Assembly (NCBI GenBank): GCA_047601445.1
Contig: JASGJH010000001.1
Span: 3,840,001-3,904,000 of the forward strand
From: Myxococcales bacterium
GTDB taxonomy: Bacteria > Myxococcota_A > Polyangia > Polyangiales > DASUME01
Direction: 5' to 3'
Length of the DNA stretch: 64,000 bases
Shown here: positions 47,166 through 57,703 of the stretch, in pieces
Layout of the letters: each line of letters starts with the position of its first letter
Numbering within the stretch: the stretch's first letter is position 1
The notes under the pieces: generated by a model
Told to the model about the DNA's origin: nothing
The model's input: the letters and a program-made list of their open reading frames with translations, nothing else
Database searches by the model: none
Translations under genes and position numbers: made by a program

Positions 47166-47383
47166 GCGGCTGCTCCTCGCGCAGTGGCTGTTCGACCAGC
47201 AATTGGGCACGAAATGCCCGACAGCGAGGGACATGGGCGCCGAAAGGGCGAACGGGCACGGCCAAGCACGAGGCCGGTCGAGTGCGCAAGAAGACGCCCG
47301 TGAGGCGAGCATCCTCGCTCGACTCTCCGCTCGCGCGCCCAGGGGCGCGCTTCGACCTGGAGGCTCACCGCACGCAGCCCGGT

Positions 47384-48895
47384 TCAGTGAGCTCGCACGC
47401 GCAGCAGCACGTGATCCTGATCTGCGTAAGCGGCCTGGACGCTCGCCCGTGTGCTGCTTGAGAAGCTCACCGGCCACGGCGCGACGCTCTCCGCCAGCGC
47501 GCCGCGGACGGCCGCGAGGCGCCCATCGAGTACCTCGTCCAGGGCGCAGCGTGCGGCTTGGTCGACGAGCTCCACGAAGGTCGCGGGCTTGAAGCCCGCC
47601 GTGACCACCAGCGCGGTCGAAGCCTCCGTGAGCTGCAGTTCCGAGAGGCGCAAGGCGCGCTCCTCGGGGAGCAAGAGCGCGTCACCGTAGACAGTGGCGG
47701 AGCGGTCGTCGTCGGCCAGCCGCATGGCCACGAGCCAGCGACCGGGTGCCTCCGCGGGGCCCAGTAGATCAATGCGCTCGAGGCGGATGTCGTCACCGTT
47801 TGCCGGCAGGGCGGACAGAATGTGGCTGAACCCATCGCTCACGGCCTGAAGACCCAGACGCGTGTCGAAGTAGACGTCCTCGGCCGGCGGACCGAGCTCC
47901 GCTGCAGCTGGCAAGGGACGTGCGTCGCTCACGCTGGTACCCCAGCCCGGACGTGCCCAGACCCGGAGCTCCGATCGCAACGCGTCGTCGGACACCACGA
48001 GCGACGAGAGCGCCATGCCTTCCGGACGCAGCCACAACGGATCCCCCTGACCCTGGGCGACCGACGCCTGCAGCCGGCTCCATACTTCCTGCGCGATACC
48101 CGCCAGGTTGGTGCGCGCCGCAGCCTGGCCGTCGAGCTCTGCCAGGCCGGCGCTCGCGCGCTCGCGTACCTGCTTGTCGAGCTCGCGGTGCAGCCGGTCG
48201 CGCACCACCTCCACCGGCACGCAGACCTTCACGATCTTGCCCGCGCAGAGCTTCTCCACGTCGGGCGCCGTCAACGTGACACCGCCCAAGCTGGAACGCG
48301 TACTGAGCTGCCAAGCAGGCGACACACTCAACTCGGAGTCGACGGCGAGCTCGATGGTGCCGCGCTTGTCCTTGCTCCCCCAGGCCACGTTCTTGGCCAA
48401 CCACAGCCAGCCCAGGGGCGTCTTGGCGCGCACGCGAAAGGAGCCGTAGTAATGGATGGGGAGTGATGTGCGCACGAGGCTGCCCGTGGTCGCGAAGCGC
48501 GCCGCACCGAGCTCGGCCTGATAGCGGATGCCGACCTCCGGGCTCTCACCGGGCGGCGTCACTTGCTGCCAGTCCTTCACGGAGGGGATGACCAAGCGCT
48601 GACGCAGCACGTCCTGCACGCCACTCAGCGGTACCGCGAGCGGGACGACCAGCGTGGAGAGCGGAAGGGGTGGAACGCCATCCGTGCGCGGCCGCACCGC
48701 GGGAGGCGGCAGCACCGGCAGCGGCGGACGGTGAGCACAGGCCGACACGACGCAGGCGGCGACGAACAAGCAGGCGAGCGCGAGGTCGAAGCGCGCCCTC
48801 GGGCGCGCGAGCAAAGAAAGGAGCAGAGTTCGAGACACGAGGCCGGCATGGTAGCGCGGCCAACCAGCCTGGTCGTTGCGTCGTGAATCCGTCAC
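47384..48895 (-). CDS. DUF4403-like lipoprotein
   Basis: Lipobox VSAC; beta-rich; PLWLRPE motif. Confidence 0.65.
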   Translation of the reverse strand: MTDSRRNDQAGWPRYHAGLVSRTLLLSLLARPRARFDLALACLFVAACVVSACAHRPPLPVLPPPAVRPRTDGVPPLPLSTLVVPLAVPLSGVQDVLRQRLVIPSVKDWQQVTPPGESPEVGIRYQAELGAARFATTGSLVRTSLPIHYYGSFRVRAKTPLGWLWLAKNVAWGSKDKRGTIELAVDSELSVSPAWQLSTRSSLGGVTLTAPDVEKLCAGKIVKVCVPVEVVRDRLHRELDKQVRERASAGLAELDGQAAARTNLAGIAQEVWSRLQASVAQGQGDPLWLRPEGMALSSLVVSDDALRSELRVWARPGWGTSVSDARPLPAAAELGPPAEDVYFDTRLGLQAVSDGFSHILSALPANGDDIRLERIDLLGPAEAPGRWLVAMRLADDDRSATVYGDALLLPEERALRLSELQLTEASTALVVTAGFKPATFVELVDQAARCALDEVLDGRLAAVRGALAESVAPWPVSFSSSTRASVQAAYADQDHVLLRVRAH

Positions 48896-49302
48896 GGCAG
48901 GGGCTCGCGATCGGGCTCCAGGAAGATCGCGCGTGCCCGTGACGTGGCCAACAACTCGGGCGAGTAGTGGCGCTGGATCGACGTCCGATCACGCAGCTCG
49001 GGCGCCTGCGACAACAGCTCCAGCGAGCCGGCCCCCTGCGTGCGCCGCGTCGCCTCCGCGACCAGGTACAACCAGGCGCGGGTCATGGTCTCGAAATAGC
49101 CGCGCGCCGCGCTCTCGACGACGCCGTGCCGTTCATTCAGACGGATGATGCCAGCACGCAATCGCAAATGGGCCTCATCGAACTCGAAGCGTTTCAAGAA
49201 GAGGTAGGCCATTCGCAGGTGCGCCTCGTGATTCCAGGCAGCCGCCCGCAAGCTGCCATCGTTGAACGCAGCCCAGAGTTGATCGTCGTCCATCCCTTCC
49301 AT
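48892..49302 (-). CDS. Small conserved hypothetical protein
   Basis: HEAHLR..YFETMTRAW..YSPELL..AR..F.EPD pattern; overlaps the next gene. Confidence 0.75.
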   Translation of the reverse strand: MEGMDDDQLWAAFNDGSLRAAAWNHEAHLRMAYLFLKRFEFDEAHLRLRAGIIRLNERHGVVESAARGYFETMTRAWLYLVAEATRRTQGAGSLELLSQAPELRDRTSIQRHYSPELLATSRARAIFLEPDREPLP

Positions 49303-49540
49303 CGCTCCGGCCCCGCAAGTTTCCCTGCACGGCCCCGTCGTTGCAGCGCGTTTCGTGCCCTATCACCCCAAGCGCGCGGAAAGCCGCCCGGCCTGGTCCA
49401 GGCGAACAGCGCGTTCGCGTTATTTACACGGTTTTGTCTCATTGCGATGCTTGCGTAGCGTTTGTCACGGGTGCGGCGCCGCTGGCTGGGCCGAATCCGA
49501 ACTGCCGACACTTTCATCTTTCCCTGCGAAGGAGCGCACT

Positions 49541-50674
49541 TTGCTCGCTGGTCGTCCTCTTGCGTCCTCGACCTTTGCCCTGTTCGGAATCCTGTGCACA
49601 CAAGGGGCTTGTTCGGACGAAGCGCCGAGCGGCGCCCTCGCCTCGCCCGAGCCCCCGCCCACCAGCGGAGAGCTGACCTATCGCTCGGAGGTGACGCCCA
49701 TCCGCAGCGCGCAAGATGCGCTCGAGGGTGTGTTCATCCCACCTTACGAGGACTGCCGCGATCCCTTGCCCAATGACACGGGTTCGAGCCCCGACGGCAA
49801 GGTCTGCACCCAGGTGCTGATCAACGGCTGCACCGAGCCCGGCAAGCACTTCGCCGACTACGCCTCCTGTGACGTGGTGCGGACCCAGCGCCCCTTCTGG
49901 CAGCGTCCGCCGACCAAGGAGCCCGATCCCAACGACCCGCGCCTCTCGGATGCTGCGTTCATGGGGGAGCTGGCCTGGGTCACTCAGCAGATCGAAGCCT
50001 GCGGCTGTTCCTGCTGCCACGACTCGCGCACCTTCGATGGCAAGTTCGGCCAGTGGGACATCAACCGCGGGCCGATCTGGCTGGACACCCTGTCCGACTC
50101 GGGGCTGGCGCTGTTCGCGGGACTCGCGGACTCGAGCGCGTTGGGCGCCTTCCCACCCGAGCGCAATCACGGCTTCGACCGCACGGCCACCGGCATCCCC
50201 ACCACCGACACCGCCCGCATGCAGGCATTCGTGAAGCAGGAGCTAGCGCGCCGCGGGATCTCGGAGGAGCAGGCACGCGCCGTGACTCCGTTCGGTGGTC
50301 CCATCTATACGTTCACCAGCGCCACGCCGCCCGCCTGCAAGCCAGGCGAAGACATCACGAGCGGCGGCACGGTGCGCTGGTTGGGCGGCGGTCGCGCCCG
50401 CTATGTGTACGTGCTCGAGGCTGGCACCAAGAACCCTGGCGTGCCGCCCAACGCCGACATCCCGCAGGGAACCTTGTGGCGCCTCGACGTGCTGCCCAAC
50501 CAACCCGCGCTCACCAGCGGGATTCGCTACGGGCAGACGCCCGAAGGCACGTTTCAAACGACCCCCGAGGCCAGCCCTGCACCGGCCCTCGAGAAGGGCA
50601 AGAAGTATCACCTCGTGGTGCTCGATGATCCGGGGCTCGCCTTGGCTGCCTGCGAGTTCACGTTCGGCTCCTGA
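49541..50674 (+). CDS. Hypothetical lipoprotein with a CxxCH motif
   Basis: RBS AAGGAG before TTG, lipobox [13 protein letters not shown]. Confidence 0.75.
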   Translation: MLAGRPLASSTFALFGILCTQGACSDEAPSGALASPEPPPTSGELTYRSEVTPIRSAQDALEGVFIPPYEDCRDPLPNDTGSSPDGKVCTQVLINGCTEPGKHFADYASCDVVRTQRPFWQRPPTKEPDPNDPRLSDAAFMGELAWVTQQIEACGCSCCHDSRTFDGKFGQWDINRGPIWLDTLSDSGLALFAGLADSSALGAFPPERNHGFDRTATGIPTTDTARMQAFVKQELARRGISEEQARAVTPFGGPIYTFTSATPPACKPGEDITSGGTVRWLGGGRARYVYVLEAGTKNPGVPPNADIPQGTLWRLDVLPNQPALTSGIRYGQTPEGTFQTTPEASPAPALEKGKKYHLVVLDDPGLALAACEFTFGS

Positions 50675-52238
50675 CCCGCACCTCGGCGCTGATCCCGTAC
50701 TTGCCGACCTTGTAGCGCACGACGCGCTCCGTGGTGCCGAGCTCGCGCGCGGCCTTCGCCATGTTGCCCTCGGAGCGCTGCAGAGCCTCCGAGATCATGC
50801 GGCGCTCTAGTTCTTCCACCGCCTGCGCCAGGCCGCCCCGCGGCGTGTTGGGCTCGGAGACGCTGCGGCGCAGGTGCTGCGGGAGATGTCGCTCTTCGAT
50901 CACACCGGCGTCGCAGGCGATCACGGCACGCTCGATAGCGTTCTCGAGCTCGCGCACGTTGCCCGGCCAAGTGTGCTGCGCGAGCAGCTGGCCAGCCGCC
51001 GGCGAGACGCGCAAGCCCATGCGCTGATGCTGGCGCCCGTAGCGCTCGGTGAAGAACTGGATCAGGCCTGGCAAGTCGCCGCAGCGCTCGCGTAGAGAAG
51101 GAAGCGTGATGGTGAACACATTGAGCCGGTAGTAGAGATCCTCGCGAAACTGGCCCTCCTGGACCGCGCGCTCGATGTGCTTGTTGGTGGCGGCGATGAT
51201 GCGCACGTCGGCCTTGATGGTCTCCGTGCCCCCCACCCGCTCGAACTCCCGGTTCTGCAAGACGCGCAGGAGCTTCACCTGCGCGGCGGGCGGGAGGTCC
51301 CCGATCTCGTCGAGGAATAGCGTACCGCCCTGGGCGAGATCGAGCCTGCCCTTCTTGCGCTGCAATGCACCGGTGAACGCACCGCGTTCGTGACCGAACA
51401 GCTCCGACTCGAACAAGCTCTCGGGAACCGCGGCCGTGTTGATCTTCACGAAGGGCCCACGGGCTCGGGTGGAGTTCGCGTGGATGGCGCTGGCCACCAG
51501 CTCCTTGCCAGTGCCCGACTCGCCGAGCACCAGCACCGTGGCACGGGTACCCGCGACCTGCGCCACTTCTTCATAGATGCGGCGCATGCACGTACTGGTA
51601 CCGATCATGTTCGAGTAGTCGAAGGCGACGCCGGAGCGCGGGCGCACCTCGGCAGCGGCCGCCTTGGGGATGTGCGTGGCTTCCCCGCGGAGTTCCTGCG
51701 CCAGCAGCGATGCCACCACCTGCAGCAGGCCCAAGCGCCCAGCGAAGCCCTCGCTGCGGTCGAAGAGCAGATAGGCCGAGAAGGCGCCCGCAGCCTGCCC
51801 GCGCACCAGAAGCGGGAGGGATACCAAGCTGAGGCCGTCGTCGATCCAGGTTTCGGGGTTGGTCAGCTCCGACAGTGCCATCGGCTCGCGGCGCACCAGC
51901 GGCACCACGATGGGGCGCGCACTCTCCGCCACGCGTCCAGCCACGCCGCGTCCCATGCACGGGCGGAAGTCGCCGAGCGCAGCGCCGTAGCTGGCCTTGG
52001 CCTGCAAAGCCGCACCGGTGGTCTGCTCGAGCGTGAACAGCGCACCGCAGCGCAAGCCGAGCTCCTCTTGCAGGAGCGCCATGACTCGCTCGAACCCTTC
52101 GCTGAAAGAGCTCGCAGAGCCGAGCCCTTGCACGATGGCCGCCACCGCGGAGAGGTGTTCGGAAGGGCGCGCCGATGTCCCCGCCAGCGGAGCGGAGACC
52201 TGCGGGGACATCGCCATCGCTGGGGCAACTGAGCCCAT
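50658..52238 (-). CDS. GAF-domain sigma-54 activator (NifA-like architecture)
   Basis: GAF (GRGVAGRV), [25 protein letters not shown]. Confidence 0.92.
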   Translation of the reverse strand: MGSVAPAMAMSPQVSAPLAGTSARPSEHLSAVAAIVQGLGSASSFSEGFERVMALLQEELGLRCGALFTLEQTTGAALQAKASYGAALGDFRPCMGRGVAGRVAESARPIVVPLVRREPMALSELTNPETWIDDGLSLVSLPLLVRGQAAGAFSAYLLFDRSEGFAGRLGLLQVVASLLAQELRGEATHIPKAAAAEVRPRSGVAFDYSNMIGTSTCMRRIYEEVAQVAGTRATVLVLGESGTGKELVASAIHANSTRARGPFVKINTAAVPESLFESELFGHERGAFTGALQRKKGRLDLAQGGTLFLDEIGDLPPAAQVKLLRVLQNREFERVGGTETIKADVRIIAATNKHIERAVQEGQFREDLYYRLNVFTITLPSLRERCGDLPGLIQFFTERYGRQHQRMGLRVSPAAGQLLAQHTWPGNVRELENAIERAVIACDAGVIEERHLPQHLRRSVSEPNTPRGGLAQAVEELERRMISEALQRSEGNMAKAARELGTTERVVRYKVGKYGISAEVRVRSRT

Positions 52239-52369
52239 CTCGAACCTTCCTTACTCTCCAAAGGTGTCGATGTTGTTTCCAAGCGATAGCCGGCCTGACG
52301 ATTCAGGTGCGGACAAATTCTTACGCCATCACGCGGTCGCCTTTCGTGAAGCACGGATGCTAAAGTGCA

Positions 52370-53212
52370 GTGTATCGAGGTGACCGATTGGTGATGGGTC
52401 GCGCACCGTGCGTCGCGCTGCTCGAGTCCCGCATGGGGCGCGAGCTGTCACGCTTGGTCGAGAAACACGGCGGGAAGGCGCTCTGTTTTCCAGCGGTCCA
52501 CGAGCGTCACGAGTTGAGCTCCGAGCGCGCCCATGCCTTGATCGAGGAGCTCCTCACGGGCCAGCACGACCTCGCGATCTTCATGACGGGGGTGGCGGCA
52601 TCCTTGCTGTTCGAGGCTGCAGAAAAGCTCGGCCGACGCGCAGACCTGGTGAACGGTCTGGAGTCGATCACCACCGTCTGTCGCGGCCCCAAACCCACCG
52701 CAGCCCTGCGCGGCTTCGGCGTACTTCCGAGCCTGACGGCCAACGAGCCTTTCACCACCGCGGAGGTCATCGATACGCTCGCAGGCATCGACCTGCGTGG
52801 TTGCCGCGTGTTGCTCTTCCACTATGGGGAGCGCAGCGACTCCCTGGCCGAGACGTTGCTCGCACGCCAGGCCGTGGTCTCCGAGCAGTGGCTGTATCGC
52901 TGGTATTTGCCCGAAGACGCGAGCGGACTGGAGCAACTCGTCCGGAGCCTCATCGCAGGCGAGCTCGATGCGTTGGCCGTGACCTGCCAAATTCAGTTCC
53001 GTCATCTGCATCAGGTGGCACAACGCTTGGGCCTTGCGGCCGACCTGATCGAGGCCCTCAATCACAAGGTAACGGTGGCCGCGGTGGGGCCGACCTGCTC
53101 CGCCATCCTGAGGGCGCACGGCGTGCGCGTGAACGTGATGCCCGAGCACCCCAAGATGGGTCCGCTGGTGATTAGCTTGATGCGCAGCTTGGTGAGCAGC
53201 GCGCACCTGTGA
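52370..53212 (+). CDS. Uroporphyrinogen-III synthase (HemD) family protein
   Basis: LLESRM, FMTGV, CRGPKP, LYRW, AAVGPTC, PEHPKMG. Confidence 0.85.
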   Translation: MYRGDRLVMGRAPCVALLESRMGRELSRLVEKHGGKALCFPAVHERHELSSERAHALIEELLTGQHDLAIFMTGVAASLLFEAAEKLGRRADLVNGLESITTVCRGPKPTAALRGFGVLPSLTANEPFTTAEVIDTLAGIDLRGCRVLLFHYGERSDSLAETLLARQAVVSEQWLYRWYLPEDASGLEQLVRSLIAGELDALAVTCQIQFRHLHQVAQRLGLAADLIEALNHKVTVAAVGPTCSAILRAHGVRVNVMPEHPKMGPLVISLMRSLVSSAHL

Positions 53213-53384
53213 ACGCGACAGAGCGAGACGGCATTGGAGTGTCTACCCGCGCAGTCGCGCACGAGAACATCACGCATGCGCTCATGTGAAAAGCACTCCG
53301 CCGATCTGAGCCGCAAAGTTTCGCCTTCGCCAGCACGTTTCCCCGCTGGCGAGCCCTCCGGCGCGTACTAGGAAATGGCTCTTC

Positions 53385-55166
53385 ATGCCCGACCACGATC
53401 CGAGCGCGTCCCAAGCGAACGAGCCCGCCGGCGGCGCCGTTTCGGAACGCCAGGGGGAACTCACGCAGTCCGCGTCCCTATCTCCGGCGTCCGGCCGGAT
53501 CGGTCCCTTCGTGTTCGTGCGCAAGCTCGGCTCGGGCTGTTTCGCGCCGGTATGGCTCGCGCACGAGGTCTATCAGGAGACCGTGCTGCGAAATGCTGCC
53601 ATCAAGCTGTTCGCGCTGCGCGCAGAGCTCGGAAAGCCGGGCTCCGTGGTCCATCAGTCCATCGTGCAAGAAGCTGCGGCCTTGTGTCGCGTCGAGCACC
53701 CCAACGTGGTGCGCTTCTACTCGCTCGCCATCGATAGCGCGCAGGGACTCATCGGCCTGGTGATGGAGCACGTCGACGGCAAGCCGCTGTCGCAGCGCCT
53801 GTCGGAAGCGGGCTCTCTCACGGTATCAGAGACGGTGCGCGTGAGTCTCTCGATCGCTTCGGCGCTGGCCGCGGTGCACCGCGCGGGACTCGTGCATCGC
53901 GATCTCAAGCCTGCCAACGTCATCGAGTCGGACGGCGTGTGCAAGCTGATCGATTTCGGTTTGGCCACGGCCGAGTCGGCGCTGGCGCAGGAAGCCAAGC
54001 GACGCCTGCTCGAGCGCTCTTATTCGGAGGTTCCGGAGTCCCGAACCATCTGTCTTGGGGAGGTCGAACACAGCGCGCTCGCGGGCGAAGCCGAATGTGC
54101 CCACACACTGCCTGTCGCGGCTCGCTGCGGCACGGTGGGCTTCATGGATCCCGTCTGCATGGCCAGCGCCGAAGCAGCCGTCCCCACCAGCGACCTGTAC
54201 GCGCTCGGCGCCATCCTTTTTCAGTGCCTGGTGGGCAACCTGCCCGCAGCCGATGCTCTCGGGAGCAGACTGCGAACCTCGTGGCAACCACAGGTGCCCT
54301 CGGGACGGCGGCTTCGGCGTGAGGTGTTGCTGGGCCTCACGAACGCGCCCTCGGTCACGGCCTTCAACCCGAGCGTGCCGAGGGAGCTCGCCGCGCTGAT
54401 CGACTCCCTGCTCCAACCCGAGCGGGCTCTGCGTCCTCAATCGGCCGCCTGGGTGGCACGTCGTCTCGAATACATCCAGGGACTACTCGAGTCGAGGCCC
54501 GGCATTTCTCGCCGTACGATTCCGCCTGAAATCAAGCCACTCGGTGCGCCAGCAGCGCACGCCACGACCGGTCTCGAATCCGGCGGTTGGGTGCGCGCGG
54601 CGCCGCAGCCGCCCGCCGACGAGCAGAGCTCCCCAGAGAGCCCGCTGCTCTATGACGGCGTGGCGTTGTCGAGCGTGGGCAACGCCTTGCTCGTGCTGTA
54701 TCAGGCGCCTGCGCGACTCCACCGTACACGCTGGATCTTCGACCACGCCGACCGCCTGGCCAAGCGCTTTCCCGAGGGCATTTCATGCCTGATGGTGGTG
54801 CTGTCCAGCGCCAATCCACCCGACGCACCGACCCGCGCCGAGAACGCTCGCCGCTTCAAGCGCCTGGGAGATTCCCTGCACACCATGGTGACCGTCCCCA
54901 CGGGCGATTCACTGCGCCTGAGCTTGGTGCGCAGCGTGATGCGCGCCATCAACGCAGCCCAGGGCACCTCGGACAAGTTCGTGATCTCGGACTCGGTGGA
55001 GCAAGGCATCGCGCGTCTGTTGGACGGCAAGGGTCCGCGCCACTTCGAGCTTAGCTCGGTGGAGGCAGTGGTGCGCGAGCTCGCTCGAGCGCTCGACGAG
55101 GATCTGATGCCGGCGAGGCGGGCAGCCGACGCCCTCCCACTGCTCCCCGAACGCCACCTCGCCTAG
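53385..55166 (+). CDS. Ser/Thr protein kinase with C-terminal STAS/SEC14-like domain
   Basis: LGSG.F..V, AIK, HRDLKPAN, DFG, GTVGFMDP, SDLYALG. Confidence 0.9.
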   Translation: MPDHDPSASQANEPAGGAVSERQGELTQSASLSPASGRIGPFVFVRKLGSGCFAPVWLAHEVYQETVLRNAAIKLFALRAELGKPGSVVHQSIVQEAAALCRVEHPNVVRFYSLAIDSAQGLIGLVMEHVDGKPLSQRLSEAGSLTVSETVRVSLSIASALAAVHRAGLVHRDLKPANVIESDGVCKLIDFGLATAESALAQEAKRRLLERSYSEVPESRTICLGEVEHSALAGEAECAHTLPVAARCGTVGFMDPVCMASAEAAVPTSDLYALGAILFQCLVGNLPAADALGSRLRTSWQPQVPSGRRLRREVLLGLTNAPSVTAFNPSVPRELAALIDSLLQPERALRPQSAAWVARRLEYIQGLLESRPGISRRTIPPEIKPLGAPAAHATTGLESGGWVRAAPQPPADEQSSPESPLLYDGVALSSVGNALLVLYQAPARLHRTRWIFDHADRLAKRFPEGISCLMVVLSSANPPDAPTRAENARRFKRLGDSLHTMVTVPTGDSLRLSLVRSVMRAINAAQGTSDKFVISDSVEQGIARLLDGKGPRHFELSSVEAVVRELARALDEDLMPARRAADALPLLPERHLA

Positions 55167-55182
55167 TAGAGCGCTGACTTGG

Positions 55183-56670
55183 TCAGTGCTCTGCGCAGGG
55201 CCGGAACCGCAGCGTAAATTCGGTCCCTTGACCGAGCATGCTTTCGACCGACACGTCGGCGCCGCTCTGCTGCGCAAAGCTGTAGACGATGGCCAGGCCG
55301 AGCCCCGTACCCTGCTGGGATTCCTTGGTGGTGTAGAACGGCTCGAAGATGTGCCTGAGCACGGCCGGCTCGATGCCTCCGCCGGAGTCGCGAACGCACA
55401 GGGCCACCGAGAGGCCATCGTGGGCGGCGCGCTCGTGCGTGGGACCGAGGTCGGCGATCACGCGCACCTCGATCTCTCCTTCGCCGCTGATCGCATCGCG
55501 CGCGTTCACCACCAGGTTGAGCAAGGCTTGCTCAAGCTGCGCTGCGTCCACCAGCACGTAAGCCGGCACGGCGCTGAGGCGCTGCGTGAGGCGCACCTGC
55601 TTGGGCAGCATGCTCTGCAAGATGGGGCCCAGGTCGGCCACCACCAGATTGAGGTCCACCGCGCGCGGATAGTAGTCGTCTTTGCGTGAGAAGGTGAGCA
55701 GGCGGCGAACCAGCCCGCGCGCGCGCTCCGAGGCATCGAGGATGTGGCCGAGGTAGGTGCGCCCGACGTCGTGCCTGGCCACGGTGTTCTCGAGCATGGT
55801 ACCGAAGCCGATGATGCTGGTGAGCATGTTGCTGAAGTCGTGGGCCAGTCCACCCGCGAGCTTGCCCACCAGATCCATGCGCTGCGCGCGGCTCAACGTG
55901 GTCGCCCAACGTCGATGCTCGCTGCGGTCGGTGAGCACGGCGACCGTCCCGCTGCATTCGCCGCGCGCATCGTAGGTCGAGCCAGCGGACACCAAAGCCC
56001 AGAGCTCCTCGCCGTCGCTGCGCTGAAAGCACACGTCGAAGAGATCGCGCTTGCCCTGCAGCGGACGCTCGAGTCGTCGCCGCACCTCGAGCTCGTGCCC
56101 CCGTGCGACGAATTCGAGCAAGCTCCGGCCGGCCATCTCCGAAGCCTGATAACCGAGCATTTCGGTGACGCGCTCATTGACGAACATCGTGCGGCAGCAC
56201 TCGTCGAGCAACCACACGCCGTCCCGTGTCTGCTGCACGATGAGGCGATAGCGGTCTTCCATTTGCCGGGAGGCGTGCTCGGCCAGCTTTTCGCGGGTGC
56301 AGTCGCGCGCCATCACCGAGGCCACCACCACCTCGTCGTCTCGCCGGATGGGCGCCACGATGCAGGCGTACCAGCGCTGGTTGAACGGGATGCGCACCTC
56401 GTAGTAGGCGTTCTCGCCGCGCTCGAAGACCCGCCGCAGGACGTCGGCGACCATGGGGCGGTCGGACGCATCCAAGTAGTCGAACATGGTCCGCTTATTG
56501 AGCACGTCCTCCATGCTGAGCCGCGGATCGACGCGGTTGAGGTAGAGGTACATGCCCTCTCGATCGACCAGCATCACATACTCGAAGGGGCTCTCGGCGA
56601 TCGACTGCCAGAGTTCTTCGGCCCCAAGTCCCGTGTCTGTCACCGCCGACGGAAGCGGTACCTTGACCAT
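55183..56670 (-). CDS. PAS-PAS histidine kinase
   Basis: Two PAS/PAC domains, AHDFSN, FEPFYTTK..GTGLGL; start estimated. Confidence 0.88.
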   Translation of the reverse strand: MVKVPLPSAVTDTGLGAEELWQSIAESPFEYVMLVDREGMYLYLNRVDPRLSMEDVLNKRTMFDYLDASDRPMVADVLRRVFERGENAYYEVRIPFNQRWYACIVAPIRRDDEVVVASVMARDCTREKLAEHASRQMEDRYRLIVQQTRDGVWLLDECCRTMFVNERVTEMLGYQASEMAGRSLLEFVARGHELEVRRRLERPLQGKRDLFDVCFQRSDGEELWALVSAGSTYDARGECSGTVAVLTDRSEHRRWATTLSRAQRMDLVGKLAGGLAHDFSNMLTSIIGFGTMLENTVARHDVGRTYLGHILDASERARGLVRRLLTFSRKDDYYPRAVDLNLVVADLGPILQSMLPKQVRLTQRLSAVPAYVLVDAAQLEQALLNLVVNARDAISGEGEIEVRVIADLGPTHERAAHDGLSVALCVRDSGGGIEPAVLRHIFEPFYTTKESQQGTGLGLAIVYSFAQQSGADVSVESMLGQGTEFTLRFRPCAEH

Positions 56671-57086
56671 CCTGAAACTTTTTCGATTACGACGCTGCTC
56701 GTCAAACGAATTCGAGTGCTGGGGGCTCGAGACAGCTCGCGATCGGCGCGTCGTCCGCGGTCCTCGCGGAGCAGCGCGCCGCCTCGCTACGGGCGGTGGC
56801 ATTCGTGGGCCCGTGCTCTCGCGTGTGGACTCGCGCCGACCTGCGACACGGGGCCGTTTGCCTCGCAGAACGAATTTCGTTCCAACCTGCATCGAAAGAG
56901 TGCGCGCCCGCCCGCGGAAACGAAGGGATTGAGCGCGCACGCGGTGCCAACCAGGCATCGCGTTCGGTCCCTGCAAATGCTCCTGCCCTACCCGATCCCC
57001 TACCCGATCCCCCACCCGCTGTGTCGCCCGTGCGTCCGGCTTGGCCACTCGGCCACAGGCAGCTCTGATAGTCTTGGCCACGAAGG

Positions 57087-57572
57087 ATGACCGAACTCAG
57101 CAGCGCCCTGTGCTCCGTCACCGCCACCCGGCGCGGTCGATACCTGTGGGCAGTTTGGTGGACGGGCGCACCGAGCTATGGGCCCTTTCGTAAACCCGAC
57201 GCGTCGAATGGCGGGTTCTCCAGCGAAGCGGAGGCCTTCGCAGCGGCGGAGCAGGCGACCGGCCGGCACTTGACTCCGATCGAACCGTATTGGGCCCGCG
57301 CGTGGAGCCGCGTCCTGCGTGGCGAGGCTGCTCCGGCCCCGCCCGAGCCGCGAACCTCGCAGCCAGCCAGGTCGTATCCTCCCGGCTCGGCATGGAGCGA
57401 GCTCGGCCTCGAGCCCGGTGCTTCGCAGCTCGAGATCAAGCGTGCCTATCGGCGGCGGGCGCTCGAGACGCACCCAGACCGTGGAGGCGACGCGGACTCT
57501 TTCGCCAAGGTACAGCGTGCCTACGAACGACTCTCCGCACGCCGTGAAGCAAGGCGCAAACGCGGCTCCTGA
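57087..57572 (+). CDS. J-domain (DnaJ-like) protein
   Basis: IKRAYRRRALETHPDRGG. Confidence 0.85.
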   Translation: MTELSSALCSVTATRRGRYLWAVWWTGAPSYGPFRKPDASNGGFSSEAEAFAAAEQATGRHLTPIEPYWARAWSRVLRGEAAPAPPEPRTSQPARSYPPGSAWSELGLEPGASQLEIKRAYRRRALETHPDRGGDADSFAKVQRAYERLSARREARRKRGS

Positions 57573-57703
57573 GGTCGCCTCCCAGCGGCTCGACCGCGGC
57601 CTCCACCACGCCGAGCAAAGGCCGCGGGCCGCGGAACACGTTCGTCGTAGTGCGCGCATCATTCCCATCGTGCGGGAGGTCCGATCGGGCATAGTTAAGG
57701 GGA

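Noticed and set aside
50658..52238. nifA / nitrogen fixation
   Set aside because: Only the domain architecture matches; there are no nif genes in the window
56986..57020. Short 12-bp tandem repeat (CCCTACCCGATC)
   Set aside because: Only 2-3 imperfect copies, which is too weak to interpret
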